Shown here: positions 11,360 through 29,242 of the stretch, one piece after another | Position numbering within the stretch: the first letter of the stretch is position 1 | Layout: each line of letters begins with the position of its first letter | Assembly (NCBI GenBank): GCA_951406725.2 | Contig: OX597823.1 | Span: 107,198,001 to 107,262,000 of the forward strand | Origin: Octopus vulgaris | Taxonomy: Eukaryota | Direction: 5' to 3' | DNA: 64,000 nucleotides | Notes under the pieces: generated by a model | Told to the model about the DNA's origin: nothing | Databases searched by the model: none | The model's input: the letters and a program-made list of their open reading frames with translations, nothing else | Made by a program: the position numbers and the translations under genes

Positions 11360-13385
11360 AAGTGCTTTGATAATATACCTTGTGATATTTCTCTACGCCA
11401 TTTAAAATTAAGTCTTATTTTCTTCTGAGGTCGATGAAGTAATTAGTTGCCTAGAATTAGTATCGATAAATTGATCACCGCATGCACTGTTTTACATTCA
11501 ACCTCACAATACTTAATTATATCTGGTTGAATCCAATCAGCTGTAAGTATCTGCCATTTTCGGGCGTAACAATGTAGTGACCACCACAATCAAATCAAGC
11601 ATGGTACCTATGCTTCTAAATCTGACTTCAAATTCTTTAAACAGAACTTGAGAAACCTTTAGAAAACGGCTTATTTGGTCCCAAAGCAAAATTTATAATA
11701 ATCCCTTTCTGTTTCGTTTTCTGAGAATTAAACTCATTATGAAGTGCGAGTGATAACAAGTATAGACCAGTCTACCTCTCATTGACCTAATAGCACATAA
11801 GAAATGCATATTTGTTGATAATTACTTAATTACGAAAGATTCCGCGGAGGTGGATGTATATGCTGATTTCATTTTTATTATTTTTAGTTCAATATATATA
11901 AAAAAAGGATATGCTTCATTTTGGCGAAGCAGATTGTTTTATAATGACGTCTTCAACAAAATTGCAGCAGTCGCGGTTTGCAGAAACTCATTCTCTATTC
12001 CACAAAACCCAATAAGAACTTAAAACCATAAACATTGATTTCTTTAGATTTGGTATCAGTCAGTTTTAGAATGTAAAATATACCGTCAATTGAAATAAAT
12101 GTAGAATATTAATTGTTCTTATTGTATCATACGTCAGTGACTGGCGTAACTAAAAAACAGACCAACAGTGGAGTATTTTGAAGTAAGAAACCCGAGATAC
12201 AGATTGAACTGCAGCAAAGAAGCTTTTCTTCCATTTTTCTTTTGGCGCTATTATCATATGTACGAGATAAAAACACAAAAGCTCTTTTTGACTGCGTTAA
12301 AATGATATGCTTCGTTCCCAAGCTACGCATTTTTTACCGATTGAACATAGATGTAAGAAAGCAGAATTAGCCTCGGACGAGACTTGAAAACGGCAACGTC
12401 GAAGGACGAGAATACACTCTATAATACGATCAGCACAATGCCCTACCAGTCCTGCTAACATACTTCTCTTTCTCGGCAGCAACAACAGAAACACTTGGAA
12501 AGAATATTAAAAATACCTGTAACAGTGTTGGATATTTTAATTGCAATGAAATAATGGTGTATAATTCAGACATGTGTATATCTTTGTGTGCGTGTGTGTG
12601 CAAGTGTGTGTGGTGTGCGTGTGTGTGTGTATGCGCGTGTATGTGTTTGCATGCGTTCATTTGTTCCATTGATGCGTATCTGCCTTTTTGCGTTATGATT
12701 CCGAGTATATGCTTATAATTTCCTATACATTAATGCATCCTGTATGCGTGCAAGTTATGTTTTCTGTGTCGATAGTTACGTATCATGTTTTGATACAACA
12801 TACATGCATACCAATATATGCACACACATATACAGATATATATATAAAGACACAAACCCACACATGCACACACACACACTCAGACACACTCAGACACACT
12901 CAGACACACTTATGCCGTGTATTCGAGATTATATGATATCTGTGTATGTTACATTCCAAACTATATACGTGTGAGGGTGTGTGACTGTCTATATACGTAT
13001 GTTTGTTCATTGTATGTATATGTGTACCTGTACATGATTATAGTGGGTTGATTATAATTGAGTATATATATATTTGTTTGTGTATGTGTTATACTGTGCA
13101 TAAATGTATCTACGTACGTACGCAAATACATCCATGTATATATATATATATATACACACCAGAGAGAGTGAGAGAGAGAGAGAGAGCGTGTGAGTGTGCA
13201 CATAATCATATTTAGGTATGTATATAAATTTAGTAAAACGTATAAGCTATAAAAAAGTACAATTACAACCTCTCTCCTTTTCAATTTACATTCAACTTGA
13301 AAATTTCATAGCGTCAGTTCAATAGACTACCTACGGAGTCTCTACTCTCCTCCCACTCACTCTCACTTTGTATTTCTCTCTTTCT

Positions 13386-13420
<35 letters not shown>

Positions 13421-13773
13421 TCCTTCTCTCTCGGTATATAGGTAAGCATGTGTGTCTGCGGATCTTCATCCATATATTTGTACTTTTGTGCTTCTATATC
13501 CATACATACATATTTACCTACATACACACGCGCACAAACTACGCAAACAATTGTTACTAACAATGCCTGTGTAAATTTCAGTATGTTTACTGAACTTCCA
13601 TTTTACATACATATACAAACTTACACATACACTTACGCACACATATACATACATACACATATGTGTGTATATAAGTATACATATGTGCGTGAATTTATTT
13701 CATACATTAAATATACGTATGTAATATCTATATATACATATGTATGCATAACGTACATCGTATATATATATTT

Positions 13774-13831
<58 letters not shown>

Positions 13832-14289
13832 ATTATATATATATATGCTTGTGTTCACCGTTACCAAAATAGGAAGCTGGAATGTCATAGAAGAAATAAA
13901 GTGCTGTGAGCTCTATGTTAATGGCTGACGCTTCTTCTGTTTACATTTCACACAAGACACGTTTCATAAGATTCCACTCTTAAAGGTCAATGCTTTCAAG
14001 GATTTGGATTTTGGGCAGACAACTTATCTATTACTGTTCTCATTAAAATACCAAGCTACACATTTGTATCTCAATCTCTCACCAATCTTTCTCCTTCTTT
14101 CAGCCCCCCCCCTTTTCTTTTTCTCTTTCTTTCAATCTCTATCACCCACCCCCCTCTCTCTCCTCTGTCGCGCTTCCTATGTAATTTTTGAAGTTTATAT
14201 TCTTGCATATCTATCTATTTATATGTTTTACTATCTGTCTGTCCATCTATCTATCTATCTTTCTATCTATCTATCTTTCTATCTATCTT

Positions 14290-14335
<46 letters not shown>

Positions 14336-14406
14336 CATATATGAGTGTGTTCGTATGGATGGGCGTATACGTACGTATAGCCACACACACACACATACAC
14401 ATGTAT

Positions 14407-14640
14407 ACTCTTTTAACTCTTTTACTCGTTTCAGTCATTTGACTGTGGCCATGCTGGGGCAACGCCTTTAGTCGAGCAAATCAACCCCAGGACTTATTCT
14501 TTGTAAGCCAAGTACTTATTCTATCGAATTCTTTTGCCGAACCGCTATGTTACGGGGACGTAAACACACCAGCATCAGTTGTCAAGAAGCGATGTTGGGG
14601 GAACAAGCACAAACACACAAATACACACACACACTCACAC

Positions 14641-14704
<64 letters not shown>

Positions 14705-14884
14705 GTATATATACATACATGTATTTGACGGGTTTCTTTCAGTTTCCGTCTACCAAATCCACTCACAAGGCTTTGCTCGGCTCGAGGCTATAGTAGAAGA
14801 CACCTGCCCAAGGTGCCACGCAGTGGGACTGAACCGGAACCATGTGGTACGTAAGCAAGCTACTTACCACACAGCCACTCCTAT
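14407..14884 (-). mobile_element. SINE family A, full length, with internal (TG/TA)n tract
   Basis: tRNA-like head AGGAGTGGCTGTGTGGTAAGTAGCTTGC...GGTTCAGTCCCACTGCGTGGCACC, then body, microsatellite and 3' tail GGCGTTGCCCCAGCATGGCCACAGTCAAATGACTGAAAC. Confidence 0.9.
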
Positions 14885-15115
14885 GGTTCGTTACGCAAGG
14901 ATTGGTAGGATTGCAAAGCAACAAACAAGAATACTCTTGGCCCTAAACAATCGTTCGATTCCCTTAAAGGCGTGCTAATTCGGAAGATTGATTCTTGATT
15001 CATTGTAGTCTTCGCCCACTTCTCATTTGGTGCCCGTTGCAATCGTCGCTGGGTATCTTTTTGCGAAACGGACTCAGTTTTGATAAATAACGAATTTAAT
15101 TTGTATGATATTTAT

Positions 15116-15500
<385 letters not shown>

Positions 15501-16019
15501 TCTGCACATAGCAGATTACAGCAGCATTCGTTCATTGATCTAGCCGTTCCAGCTTCCCTGTCTTTATTGTGGATTTTGTTGGGCTAACAATTAGCGGTTA
15601 TACCGTTAAGAACTTCATTTTAGCATTTTAACGAATGGTGCTGAGTGAATTTTGGTGGCTATATCGAACTAATTTTGGGGAGTGACTCTCACCTTTCACC
15701 TACAATATTTTCTCCATAATTCGGGATAAATAAATACAAAAACAAAGCTGTGTTTTTATCAGATATAGCCATGATTTTCTCAAACGATAGTCCTATAATG
15801 CATTAAGAGCTGTCAGTTTGCAGTAACATGGCATAAATGTATTAGGAGACCCAGTATTCAGCAAGGCAATGATACGAATGATATTTTCAACACCGAAAAA
15901 GTAGAATAGCTGTATTGAATCGTTCTTTTCTTGGTTTGGTAAGTTGCAGTAGCATTAGTAGCAACGGGAGATGAGAGGGTGAAAGAGCTGCTTATTAGAT
16001 AACGCTAAGGGTAACGTTT

Positions 16020-16184
16020 TTTGTTGCTGTTCTTCTGGTTGCTACTGTTGTTGCTGTTGTTGTTGTTGTTGTTGTTGTTGTTCATGATGGTGATGATGAT
16101 GATGATGATGAGGAGGAGGAGGAGGAAGAGGGTGGTGGTGGTGGTGGTGGTGGTGGTGGTGATGATGATGATGATGATGATGAT
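16020..16184. repeat. Compound trinucleotide microsatellite (GTT/GAT/GAG/GGT/GAT)
   Basis: Directly visible. Confidence 0.9.
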
Positions 16185-19100
16185 GTTTATCTCCAAGTCA
16201 ACTTTGATCGAGCAGACATGATCAGAAGCCGTTCCAATTCTGACCATTCCATCGTATACCGATGTACAAGGAACTCAAGTTTATATTATTCAACGCATTC
16301 TTTTCGGAAACAATTGCGTCCTATTTCTAGCAAGTGGAGCAACCACACAAGTTTTCTCGCATCAAACTTGCATTGCTGTTGTTGTTGTTGTTGTTGGGGT
16401 AGTGTATTCTAACTGTTAGATTGATTAGAATGATGTAAATTGTATTCGGCCATATCAGTTAATTAAAGGTCATTTGAACCTTTCCCTCTCAACCCCCTAT
16501 TTCAGTGTCTCTCCGCTCCCTCACAAGCACTCAACTTCCCATACGCATGGAGATTCATGCTTACAGCCCACATCGCACGCCATTAAGCTTCGCCACCTAT
16601 TTTCATCGGTCTAGACTGTGACATTTACACGGACCAGTAAACACTCAGTAAGCAGGCCAGCCAGACATACAGACAGACAAGCAGAGATACAGTCTGACGA
16701 TTTGATGGACAGATAGACAGCAAACCTTACATGTAAAGTGTTTGAAGACCTAGGCACAGTGACTGAGAGTGTCACGGACAGATAACCACAAAGACAAACA
16801 GACAGATGCACAGACAGATAGAGAGACTGAGTGATTGTCAAAGAGATAGATAAATAGGCCGGCAGGACAGACAGATGGACGGAGAGATACGGAGAAAAGA
16901 GTTAAGTTAGTGTTAACATATTTAATGCAGGTATCAAGAAGCCAATGACAAAAAAAAACAAACTTATACTGACAAAGTCACAGTTTAGCAAAACACACAA
17001 GCACACACGTCCACCCACCTACACACAAACACAAGCACCCACACCCACACACACGTTCCGACTAATTGGACCTCAGACATCGACATCGAAACAACCTAGG
17101 AATCTACTAAGCAGTCAAGGCCACACACACACACAACACTCAGAGTACAGACAGACATACTGATAGACCATCTGACAATCATGTTTAGCCCCAGGCCAAC
17201 CCTGATCAAGCAAGCCTATGTTCAAAGATATTCCAGCCGTAACTGCTTTGTCTCCCTGGACTATATTTTCTTGTCTCCTTTCCTCACATAATACAGCAGG
17301 GTTAGGTTTGAGTAAGTTTTGGCAGCTATTTCTAGCAGACCTTGTCAATAGAGACTCCGCGGCTGAAATCTATATTGCGCAAAATATAGACGAGAATGAT
17401 GTACAGTCGGATCAAAATAAACAGGTATATACATAGAAATACATAGTAAACGCAAACATACTTTACTGAATGTCTCGAATCCAGCAAGTATCGCCTGTCA
17501 TCAAGTTACAGGCAAAAGAAGCAGATGAACTCAGCCAAGGAAACCGGTGTTTATTTGACAAGTCCCTATTAGATATTGTTCCTATTCCTACACTACAGTA
17601 AATATCTACCGCCTGCGTTACTAGGGTCATTAGAGAATTGTTTTGGTTTACTGACACAACACAAAACTAGTAATAGGATACTAACTGGTCGACTTTCAAC
17701 TTGTTTTAAACTGCCTATTTATATCAGCCATTATATACTGCGAAATTTTGAATCTTCACATAATAGTAAATATGTACTCGGCTGCAGGTAATATTTTCTT
17801 TATTCCTCATTTAACGCACTTTGGTGATTTGTTAATTAAAACCCTTAAATGTGCTCAACTCTTTTAGTATAAATCTAAGTATCTTCGCTATAGGAGAAAA
17901 GTTGGGCAATTGTCGTGTTGATGATGCTTACTTTGCTTGAAATACGTGTCTGCAACTATCCCGTAATCTCCAGCCGATAAGCCTGTCTGTCTTTTTCCTG
18001 AAATGCATGTCAGCTTTGAAGAATTCTTGACTTTAGAGATTGTCTCCTCTTCTCATGGAACTTGTAGCAATTGTCATATCATAAATGTGACACATACTCT
18101 AGGAGTAGAGATAACTTTTGTAAATCAAAAATTTATATTGTAGGATATTTGATACACCTGTATTCTTCAAATTGTTCTATCACACGTCTCTGCTTAAATT
18201 ACAGGGTAAGATGTTTTTTGAATGACAAGCTACGAATTATAAATATCCTGACTAACTCAAATTAAAAGCATTGGTGGTTGGAGTTATATCTAAAGGATAG
18301 ACATCGTTTGAGTTTATTCTTGAAATATGCAAAACATTCCTTACAGATTATACCTAAACGTGTAAACAGGAACTTACAACTCTTGTTCAACTATCAAAAT
18401 ATGGACGGGATAAGGTAATGCTAGTAGAAACGACACCTTCAGATCCATCGAAATTTGAAAAAGACTGTATTAAAAGATTAAACAAGAGAAGGAGTAGAAA
18501 AAATTGAAAACAAAGACTTTTCAATGAGACTAGTGACTCAAAAGAATGACCAGGTTCGGGGAATACAGTATATTCCCATCACATGTTATAGTAATAAAAC
18601 AACAATTTGATATTATGGCGAGAGCCGACATGGCAAACAGTTTCTGGTTGTCGAAGTAACATTGGCATGAAGAGGCAACAAGAAATGGACTCATAAACGG
18701 TGAGCAATAGAGAGGAATCGTTTAAAGATTAATAGTAGCAGTGTACGATAGTTCCAGAAGAACTATTGTGCACATATTTTGCAGTTATACCTGCGATATA
18801 ACAATGTGTTTGGACTTGGGTGATGGATAACAGAAAGTGGCTGGCAAAATGCGGAGAGAAACAAAAACCAAAATCGGCATGGATATTCTACAGGTAAAGG
18901 AACATTATATGGTGGTAATATACGCTGCAGAGTTGACATGATTGTCGACACAACTTATCAGGATTGCAGCAGTATGGAGACAGACAAACAGAAGAGACGA
19001 GTTAAATGTTGACAGAAAGTACCGTGTTGTGATTCTGCTTGTCTAGAAGGAGCAACACTGTTGAAAATGCCGAAACCCTTGTGATCCATTGATAGTTCAT

Positions 19101-19204
19101 GATATACTGAAATACAGTTTATGCTGTATGTATGCATATACAAACATGCATAGATAATAGCATTATCAGGTAGAGTACTTTCTCTTGGACCTGTGATAGA
19201 TACA

Positions 19205-19890
19205 TTACATTCTACCAAGAAGGATATGCCTAGTTATCCAGGAACAGGAATACCTAATAAACAAAAGGGACAAAAATACCACGAGATAAAAAAAAGGTCG
19301 GCTCTGCTATACCAGTGTGGAAGATATCACACGCATCAGCAGCAGCTGCCCCTGAACGTTTACGAGATACTACCTACCCCCAGAGGCATGATATAATTTC
19401 AAAAACTATTTACGATACTATCCGCAGAAAGGACTGTCCTGAAATATATATCAAAGACATGTCAGAACCAGCAGGTATTCCCAACCTTAAATACAAGGAA
19501 TACCGGTGGAACACTCCAATAAAAACAGCGATTTGGTGCAAACATAACATACCTGATATTGATCTACGGGACAGGGAACAAACGCCATGCGCTCTTGTAG
19601 AGGTCTGCTGCCCGGCAGATGTGAATGTACAATCAAAGTCCAGGAAAAAAAGAAAACATCTATGGCAAATTAATGCGAAACTTACAGCTTTTGTACCCTG
19701 ACTATGAATTATCTTTTGTACTTATCATTTTAGGTGCATTAGGTGATGTACCAACAAATTTTCATAAAAATCTCAGAGACACCTGGTTTCACAGAAAAAG
19801 TGCAAAAGAAACATGCGAATTCTTCAAATCCAATCTATTAGTGGCAAGGTGAAGATTTGTAAGACATTCCAGAAATTCTTCAGGTGTGAT
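19205..19890 (+). mobile_element. 3' fragment of a restriction-like endonuclease non-LTR retrotransposon (R4/Dong-like)
   Basis: Translation across frameshifts gives EGYA.VIQEQE, a degenerate Cys/His knuckle RLCYTSVEDITRISSSCP, RHDIISK, WNTPIKT..CKHNIPDI, LVEVCCPADVN, KENIYGKL and IILGALG. This is the RHD/PD/E/K pattern of RLE domains. Confidence 0.8.
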
Positions 19891-20129
19891 TCCTATGTGA
19901 ATAAATGCACACATTTTTCAACGGTAGTCCACGCAAAAGTTCCATATGAAAATTTACGTATCCACATACATATCGGATAATTTGCATAAATTTCATTAGA
20001 CAATTTTTTATAATTTTCTTTGGTTGTCTTATCATGGTTTATCATAATATATTTCCTTCATTCTTTTTCCTTTTTCTTTTTTTTTTATTATGTTATATTT
20101 CATATTTACAGATATATACATAATGTTAA

Positions 20130-20340
20130 TTCAAAATTTTGGCACAGGACCAGAAATTTCAGAGAGAGGTAAGCCAATTACATCGACCGCAGTGCTCAAC
20201 TGGTACTTATTTTATCGAGCGCAAAAGGATGAAAGGCAAAGTCGACCTCGCGGAATCTGAACTTAGGACTTAAACACAGACGAAATACCGCTAAGCATTT
20301 GGCCTAGCATGCTAACGGTTCTGTAGTTCGTCGCCTTAGA
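20130..20340 (-). mobile_element. SINE-like repeat family B
   Basis: Reverse complement reads aaggcgacgaactacagaaccgttagc...aaatgcttagcggtatttcgtc...gaggtcgactttgcctttcatcc...aagtaccagttgagcactgcggtcgatgtaatt. Confidence 0.8.
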
Positions 20341-20956
20341 TTTATATGCTACTATTATTCCAGGTTTGATAAACGCCATGACCGAAACTTTCGCAGATTT
20401 AAAATACATTATGCGATGGATGCTGCACATTATTATCTCTTATAAGGTATATATTTTGTAATATATACAATTATATTTATACTTATTCGTTCATTTTATC
20501 CATTGTATCTTTGTCATTTCTTCTTCATAAGGATATCCAGACGTATGTGCTGGTATATATGTGTACGTTTCTATGTGTGTGTGTTTGTGCGCATGGGCGA
20601 CGCTCATATATTTATCTATCTTTATACTGATGCCTCTAGATGTGAGTGTATATATATTCAGACATATATCTATGCACACATATCTGTATATGCATATATA
20701 TATATATGCATGTGAGTATTCGTACGTGTATGAACGTGCGAAATTTTATACGCATATGTACATATATGGGTACTTTTGTATATATTGTAACACGTAGCCA
20801 AGTAGACAGATATAGTGATAAAATTTCAGGGATACAAATCTACAAAGGAACAAGCTGGACGACACACAGACATATAAAAAAATATAGCATTATGGCCGTC
20901 ACAAGTGAAGTCTGCTAGTCTAGAATAAATCATCCAATTCGCTTATAACACATACA

Positions 20957-21092
<136 letters not shown>

Positions 21093-21785
21093 TATCATAT
21101 AAATCATATATACATGCAATCACACCTACGTAATATATATATATATATATACACACACTACATATTAAATATATAAACATAAACACACATACATACTTAT
21201 GTATATATTCACAAGCATATATAAGTATGTGTGTATGTCTAGACACATAGACAAATACCTAATGTACAAGCAAATAAATGCTGATGAAAGCAAAATGACG
21301 GCATATGTCTACTTTCTTTGTGTGCTTGTGTGTGTACAAGACATCTGTATGTGTGCATAAGCGTATGCATATATATATATATATATATATACATATATAT
21401 GTGTGTGTGTGTGTGTGTCTGTGTGTGTGCATATGTATTATGGACACACACACACACACAAACACACGCATACACATACACACACACACACACAGATATA
21501 ATATTTTATATATACAAGCATTATTCTTTTCCTCTTCTTCGTTATCCTTTTTTCCTTTTCTATTTCTGCTTTATACTGTATTTTTCCATCTCAATGAGCA
21601 CGCACACATATCATCTGTGTTCTAAATAATAGGTTTTTCACGTCGACATACGCGAAGCTCTGAGTAGTAACAGAGAGTAAACTCAACAATATAATTAATG
21701 ATTACACGCTACTTCTGTATTCAGTTAGTTTCCCCCCTTGTTTGTAAACTCAAAACAGCGTGCGAACGTCTACACACACACACAC

Positions 21786-21826
<41 letters not shown>

Positions 21827-22361
21827 CAAAATCATACATGCATTCGCATTAATGGACAAATGAATATACATAATCCTAATTGAGTTTCTTTTTATTGCTG
21901 TTTGTTTTATTTCACATTTTCCTCACCCTGCTCCCCTTAGTAACGGTTTAGAACCGGACAGTGGCAGGTCCAGAATTATCCTATTAAACTTTATGACTGT
22001 GTGTGTTATACGATGCAGCTAAGCGCAACGGGGAGGGAACCCGCTTGGATGTGGTCAAAGGGGTCGTGTGCGCGGAAAGTATTGGAAAACTAAAAACGAG
22101 ATTATGCACACGCGCCAAAATTTACATCCATTCATCCATGCATATACTTCTATCAATATATCAATATATCAATATACATATACATATACATACATATATA
22201 TATATGTATATATATATGTATATATGTATTTATGTATGTATGTATGTAATTATGTATGTATGTATGAATATGTATATATGTATGTACGTATGTTTATATG
22301 TTGATATATGCATTTTTAGGTATATATACATATGTATGTGTGCATAGATACACATATATGA

Positions 22362-22490
22362 GCGCAGGCGTGGCTTTGTGGCTGGAAATCTCACTTTGCA
22401 ACTTCTTGGTTTCAGGTCCTGTTCCCCTAGTCTACACCTTGACCAAGTGTCTTCTACTACAGCGCGGAGCCGATTAATGCCTTGACCCAA
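22362..22490 (+). mobile_element. SINE family A head fragment (old)
   Basis: gcgcaggcgtggctttgtg...caccttgaccaagtgtcttctactacagc. Confidence 0.6.
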
Positions 22491-23749
22491 GAGTGACAAG
22501 AAAGAGAAGAAAGGAGATAAAGAAGAGAGGAGAACCAGAAATAAAACCGCACGTGGGTTATGTTCACATATATATGCAGATATGTGTATGTTAAATTGAA
22601 ACTATTTTTTTAAAGAATAATACCAGACGATTTAGATGACGGAACTTAATACTGAGAGAAGAATCAAATTTATAGAAAAATTCGAGTTGGCCTTGAGTTC
22701 ACGTTTCATTTGACGGTTTATTCTGCAAAAAAAATTGCTTTTTAGTTTATATAAGCAAACTTCATTAATAGGTAGTATTTATGTAGCAAATTATATTTGT
22801 TATAAAAATTGTAATCAAAGAATCTTTACTTATTAGTAGGGAAAATCTTACGAATATGTCTAAAGATCAGAAAACAAATTTAAAAGTAAATATCAGGATT
22901 ACATGGGATGGGTGAAGAAGGAAATAAAAACCCAACTCATATGTATGTATATGTCTGTATGCATTCCTTGATTTTGCTTTTCTTTAGATTTAAATAAATA
23001 ATATCGTTATAGATTTATTTACGTCTATCCATAAGCGAGAAATATATATAGTATCCTACGGAAGGTGCTTACGAAGAATTTCTTTAAAATACTCTTCTAG
23101 TTATATTTATGTTTATAGCAGGCATTTTTTTAGGCTAGCATAATAGATTTGAAAATTTCCTTTTGCATAATATATAAAATAGCATCTTAACATTTGTCTT
23201 GAAGTAATACGTAACGAACTTCATATATTTTTGAAGCAACTTTTAAATAAAAATTTCAGTAGCTTTTTAATATAAATCTATTTTTGTCAACAACACACAT
23301 CTGCACAATCTTCTATTACACACTCATAAAAATACTTTAACAAACGCAAGTACATTCCATCAACACAAATCAGCTTACACCTTAACAACGTTTTAAGACT
23401 AAAACTTTTCTCGAATTCAGTTTACTTAATTCACTTAAGAGGCTGCTTAAATACCACACCAGTTCCTTTTTTACGTTGGACCGATTACTGACCTGAATTC
23501 GCTTGCTAGTTATTTATCTTCTGGTATTCTCCCTTTCTTTGAAATGTTTGTCTATCAATCTGACTGCCATCATCTACAATGAACTTTATTTTCACTTCGA
23601 AACTAATTCGTCAGATTTCTACAACCAATAAAAATAAAATTTCCTTTCATTCAATTTAAAAATTTCCTTTAAAATTTCCTTTCATTCAATTTAAAAATGT
23701 ATATACAAACACACACACACACACACATAAACTTACCTGTATCTATATA

Positions 23750-23806
<57 letters not shown>

Positions 23807-23845
23807 CCTTTTATATAAATGTGTGTGTGTGTGTGTGTGTATACA

Positions 23846-23956
23846 GGCGCATGCGTGACTGTGTGGTAAGAAGCTTGTTTCCCAATCATATGGTTCCGGG
23901 TTCGGTTCCACTACGTGGCACCTTGGTCACGCGTCTTCTACTATAGGCTCGGGCCA
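23846..23956 (+). mobile_element. SINE family A head fragment
   Basis: ggcgcatgcgtgactgtgtggtaagaagcttg...ggttccgggttcggttccactacgtggcacc...tcttctactataggctcgggcc. Confidence 0.75.
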
Positions 23957-24424
23957 CTAAGAAATGTTCTCAAGAAAAATTTAGCAAAACAACCAAAACG
24001 TAATCGAGTAAGACAAAAGAAAAAGCAATAAAAATATGGATTATTCGCATTCATGTTTCACTATTAACATATTACGTAATTTTACTTACATAAATGTCCG
24101 TAGATCATCGGTGCGACCGTCCAAATTGTCCGCACAAAGTCAGACTAGTAAACAGTTCTACCCATTACACTCGTGGTTACTATTTCAAATGTCTTCGTTT
24201 TGTCGCGCTAAATTACCGGAAAAACTGATGCTGCAGATAATACTTTACTGCAGTGGCTTTTGCTGGTTAGAGAACGTTTTAATTTGAATTTAAATTTATA
24301 ATGAGTGTGAGAAATTAGATATTAATTAAATTAACATCGATTTCACACCAGTGGTCTAGCATATAAAAAACTGAAAGTTCAGTAAAATTTATTATATACA
24401 TATACACACACATACACACACATA

Positions 24425-24625
24425 CTATTCTTTTATTTGTTTCAGTCGTTTGACTGCAGCCATGCTGGAGCACCATCTTTAGTCGAACGAATCGACCCCA
24501 GGACTTATTCTTTGTAAGCCTAGTACTTATTATATTGGTCTCTTTTGCCGAACTATTAAGTTACGGGGACGTAAATATATCAATATCGGTTGTCAAGCGA
24601 TCGGGGGACTAACACAAACACACAA
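24425..24625 (-). mobile_element. SINE family A, 3' half (its 5' half is at 26700-26852)
   Basis: tttgtttcagtcgtttgactgcagccatgctggagcacc...gttacggggacgtaaa...ggttgtcaagcg. Confidence 0.85.
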
Positions 24626-24682
24626 ACACACATACACACACATACACACATATGCACAAGCACACACACACGCGCACGCACG

Positions 24683-26699
<2,017 letters not shown>

Positions 26700-26852
26700 A
26701 CGGGCTTCTTTCAGTTTCCGTCTACCAAATCCATTCACAAGACTTTGGTCGTGCCGAGATTATAGTAGAGGACACTTGACCAAAGTGCCACGCAGTGGAA
26801 CAGAACCTGGAACCATGTGGTTAGTAAGCAACCTACTTACCACACAGCCGCT
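26700..26852 (-). mobile_element. SINE family A, 5' half
   Basis: acgggcttctttcagtttccgtctaccaaatcc...gaaccatgtggttagtaagcaacctacttaccacacagccgc. Confidence 0.85.
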
Positions 26853-27228
26853 TCTGAGACACACACACACACACACACACACACGCACGCACACACACAC
26901 ACGCACACACACACACACATACATGTGCATATATTACATTTTATTACAAACAACAGCCTGAACAGAGAACTCAGTACTCCTTGCGCAGCAATTTAAACAC
27001 ATTTATTAAGCTTGAATATAGAATACACTGACTCTAGTTTCTTCGTTGCGAAGATCCGGAATATACAACTTTAGCCAGTGGATTCTTAATTCAGTTGGAT
27101 TACATAAACACACACATTCAGGAATACACAGCACACACGCATCCATACCTATATATACATAAAGAAATGCATTTATGTATTTATACTTATAGATACGTAT
27201 GTGTGTGTGAGTGTATGTATACATACAT

Positions 27229-27321
<93 letters not shown>

Positions 27322-27435
27322 TGTATACATATATAAATGTATGTGTGTATGTGTGTGCGCGTGTGTTTGTGTGTTTATGTATATGTACATGATGAGTGAA
27401 GAAAAAGGGAGAAAGAGTTATTGAATGATATCTAA

Positions 27436-27569
<134 letters not shown>

Positions 27570-28077
27570 GCACTTTACCCAACACCTCTACACAAACACA
27601 CAAAAATTAATATATCATTTAACCTTTATTTATATATTTATTTTACATATATCTATTTTTTGTCACTTCTCTTTACATATTCATGTTTCTGATGTTCTTC
27701 GGGAAGCCGAGGAGGATACATTAGGAATCAAAGGAAATGCTAAATTGTACAGCGTGAGGATGACGGTCTACGCGCGTTAATTAGGTAAAATAAAATGGTG
27801 GAAAACATTTACCGTTGAAACCTTCTCCCCCTTATCGTAAGTGATGCAACGTTTTGGTAGAGGAAGAGACAGACAAATATGGATTGGTGTTTAGAGAGCG
27901 GGGATACGTTTCATTTGATTTTATGATTATTTAGCTATATATTTATTTTAATATGATTAGCTATATATATTTATGGACACACACATACGCACACAATACG
28001 TATTATATTTACAAAGTCATACACATAAATGCAGTTTCGAATATACAATATGTGAGCCTATATATATATATATATAA

Positions 28078-28115
<38 letters not shown>

Positions 28116-28151
28116 ATAGATAGATAGACAGATAGATAGATAGACAGATAA

Positions 28152-28222
<71 letters not shown>

Positions 28223-28259
28223 TAGATATAGATTGATTCACTTACATCTGCGGACATGC

Positions 28260-28320
<61 letters not shown>

Positions 28321-29205
28321 TGTGTGAAAGAGAGGAAAGATGGTTCTTAAAAGACGAGTTCATTTATTCTACTTCAAAATAATTTCTTTCTGATTTTTCG
28401 GATATCCTTATTTTATGTGTCTTTCTTTGTCGTCAATAGAAACTTTTACATAAGTTTCGCAACCTCGAATATTGGAGACATTACAAATCCCGTGACACAT
28501 GTTTCACAAAAGAATGACGTAAGTAGCTTACAATTTATTGTGATATATTTCAGTATTGGCTACTGGCTATCGATAACACGAAATAGTCACCGCATTTGAG
28601 CGCATACATACATATATACAAGCGTGCATGAATACAAACATACATGCATACGCGCGCGTGGGTTTGTGTATATGTGTGCGTTTATACATTTATAGAATTG
28701 TAGGCACGTACTAACATGAATAGGTACATACACACACACACACACACATAAATGCGTGAGCGCGTGTGCAAAACATTGGATATAGTGTTTTGTTGCGCTA
28801 CACTGCTCTCTGAATTCAATTCTCGCAAATCTTTGCCGTTCTTGCTTTCAAAATCGATAAATAAAGTAACAGTTCAGGGTTATGGGTTGCCGAAATGTTA
28901 GAGGATTAGGCAAGATGCTTTGCGGTATATATTTCTGCTCTATTCGTTCTGAGTCCAAATCCTACCTGCTTCCACCAAGTAAATAATTAAATAAATATAT
29001 AAATAAAAGGAAGAAATATTGAAAAACTGCTTCTTCGAGTCCTGGCAAAAATTGATAGGCTTTGGGATGTCCTTAAGCAAGTGACCCAGCATACCAGCTA
29101 CCGAGAGAGAATGCAAGGGGTTTTTCAAACCTATACATTCAAGCCCATACGATGCGTAGGAAGATGCGTGCATGCACATACAAGGGCATGCATATCTTCA
29201 CTCAG

Positions 29206-29242
<37 letters not shown>

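Noticed and set aside
12127-12520. Possible host exon on the minus strand
   Set aside because: No recognisable protein similarity and no supported splice-site pair.
17515-17555. CAGATGA...GAAACCGGTG hammerhead candidate
   Set aside because: The core is mutated, stem II is unpaired and the cleavage triplet ends in G.
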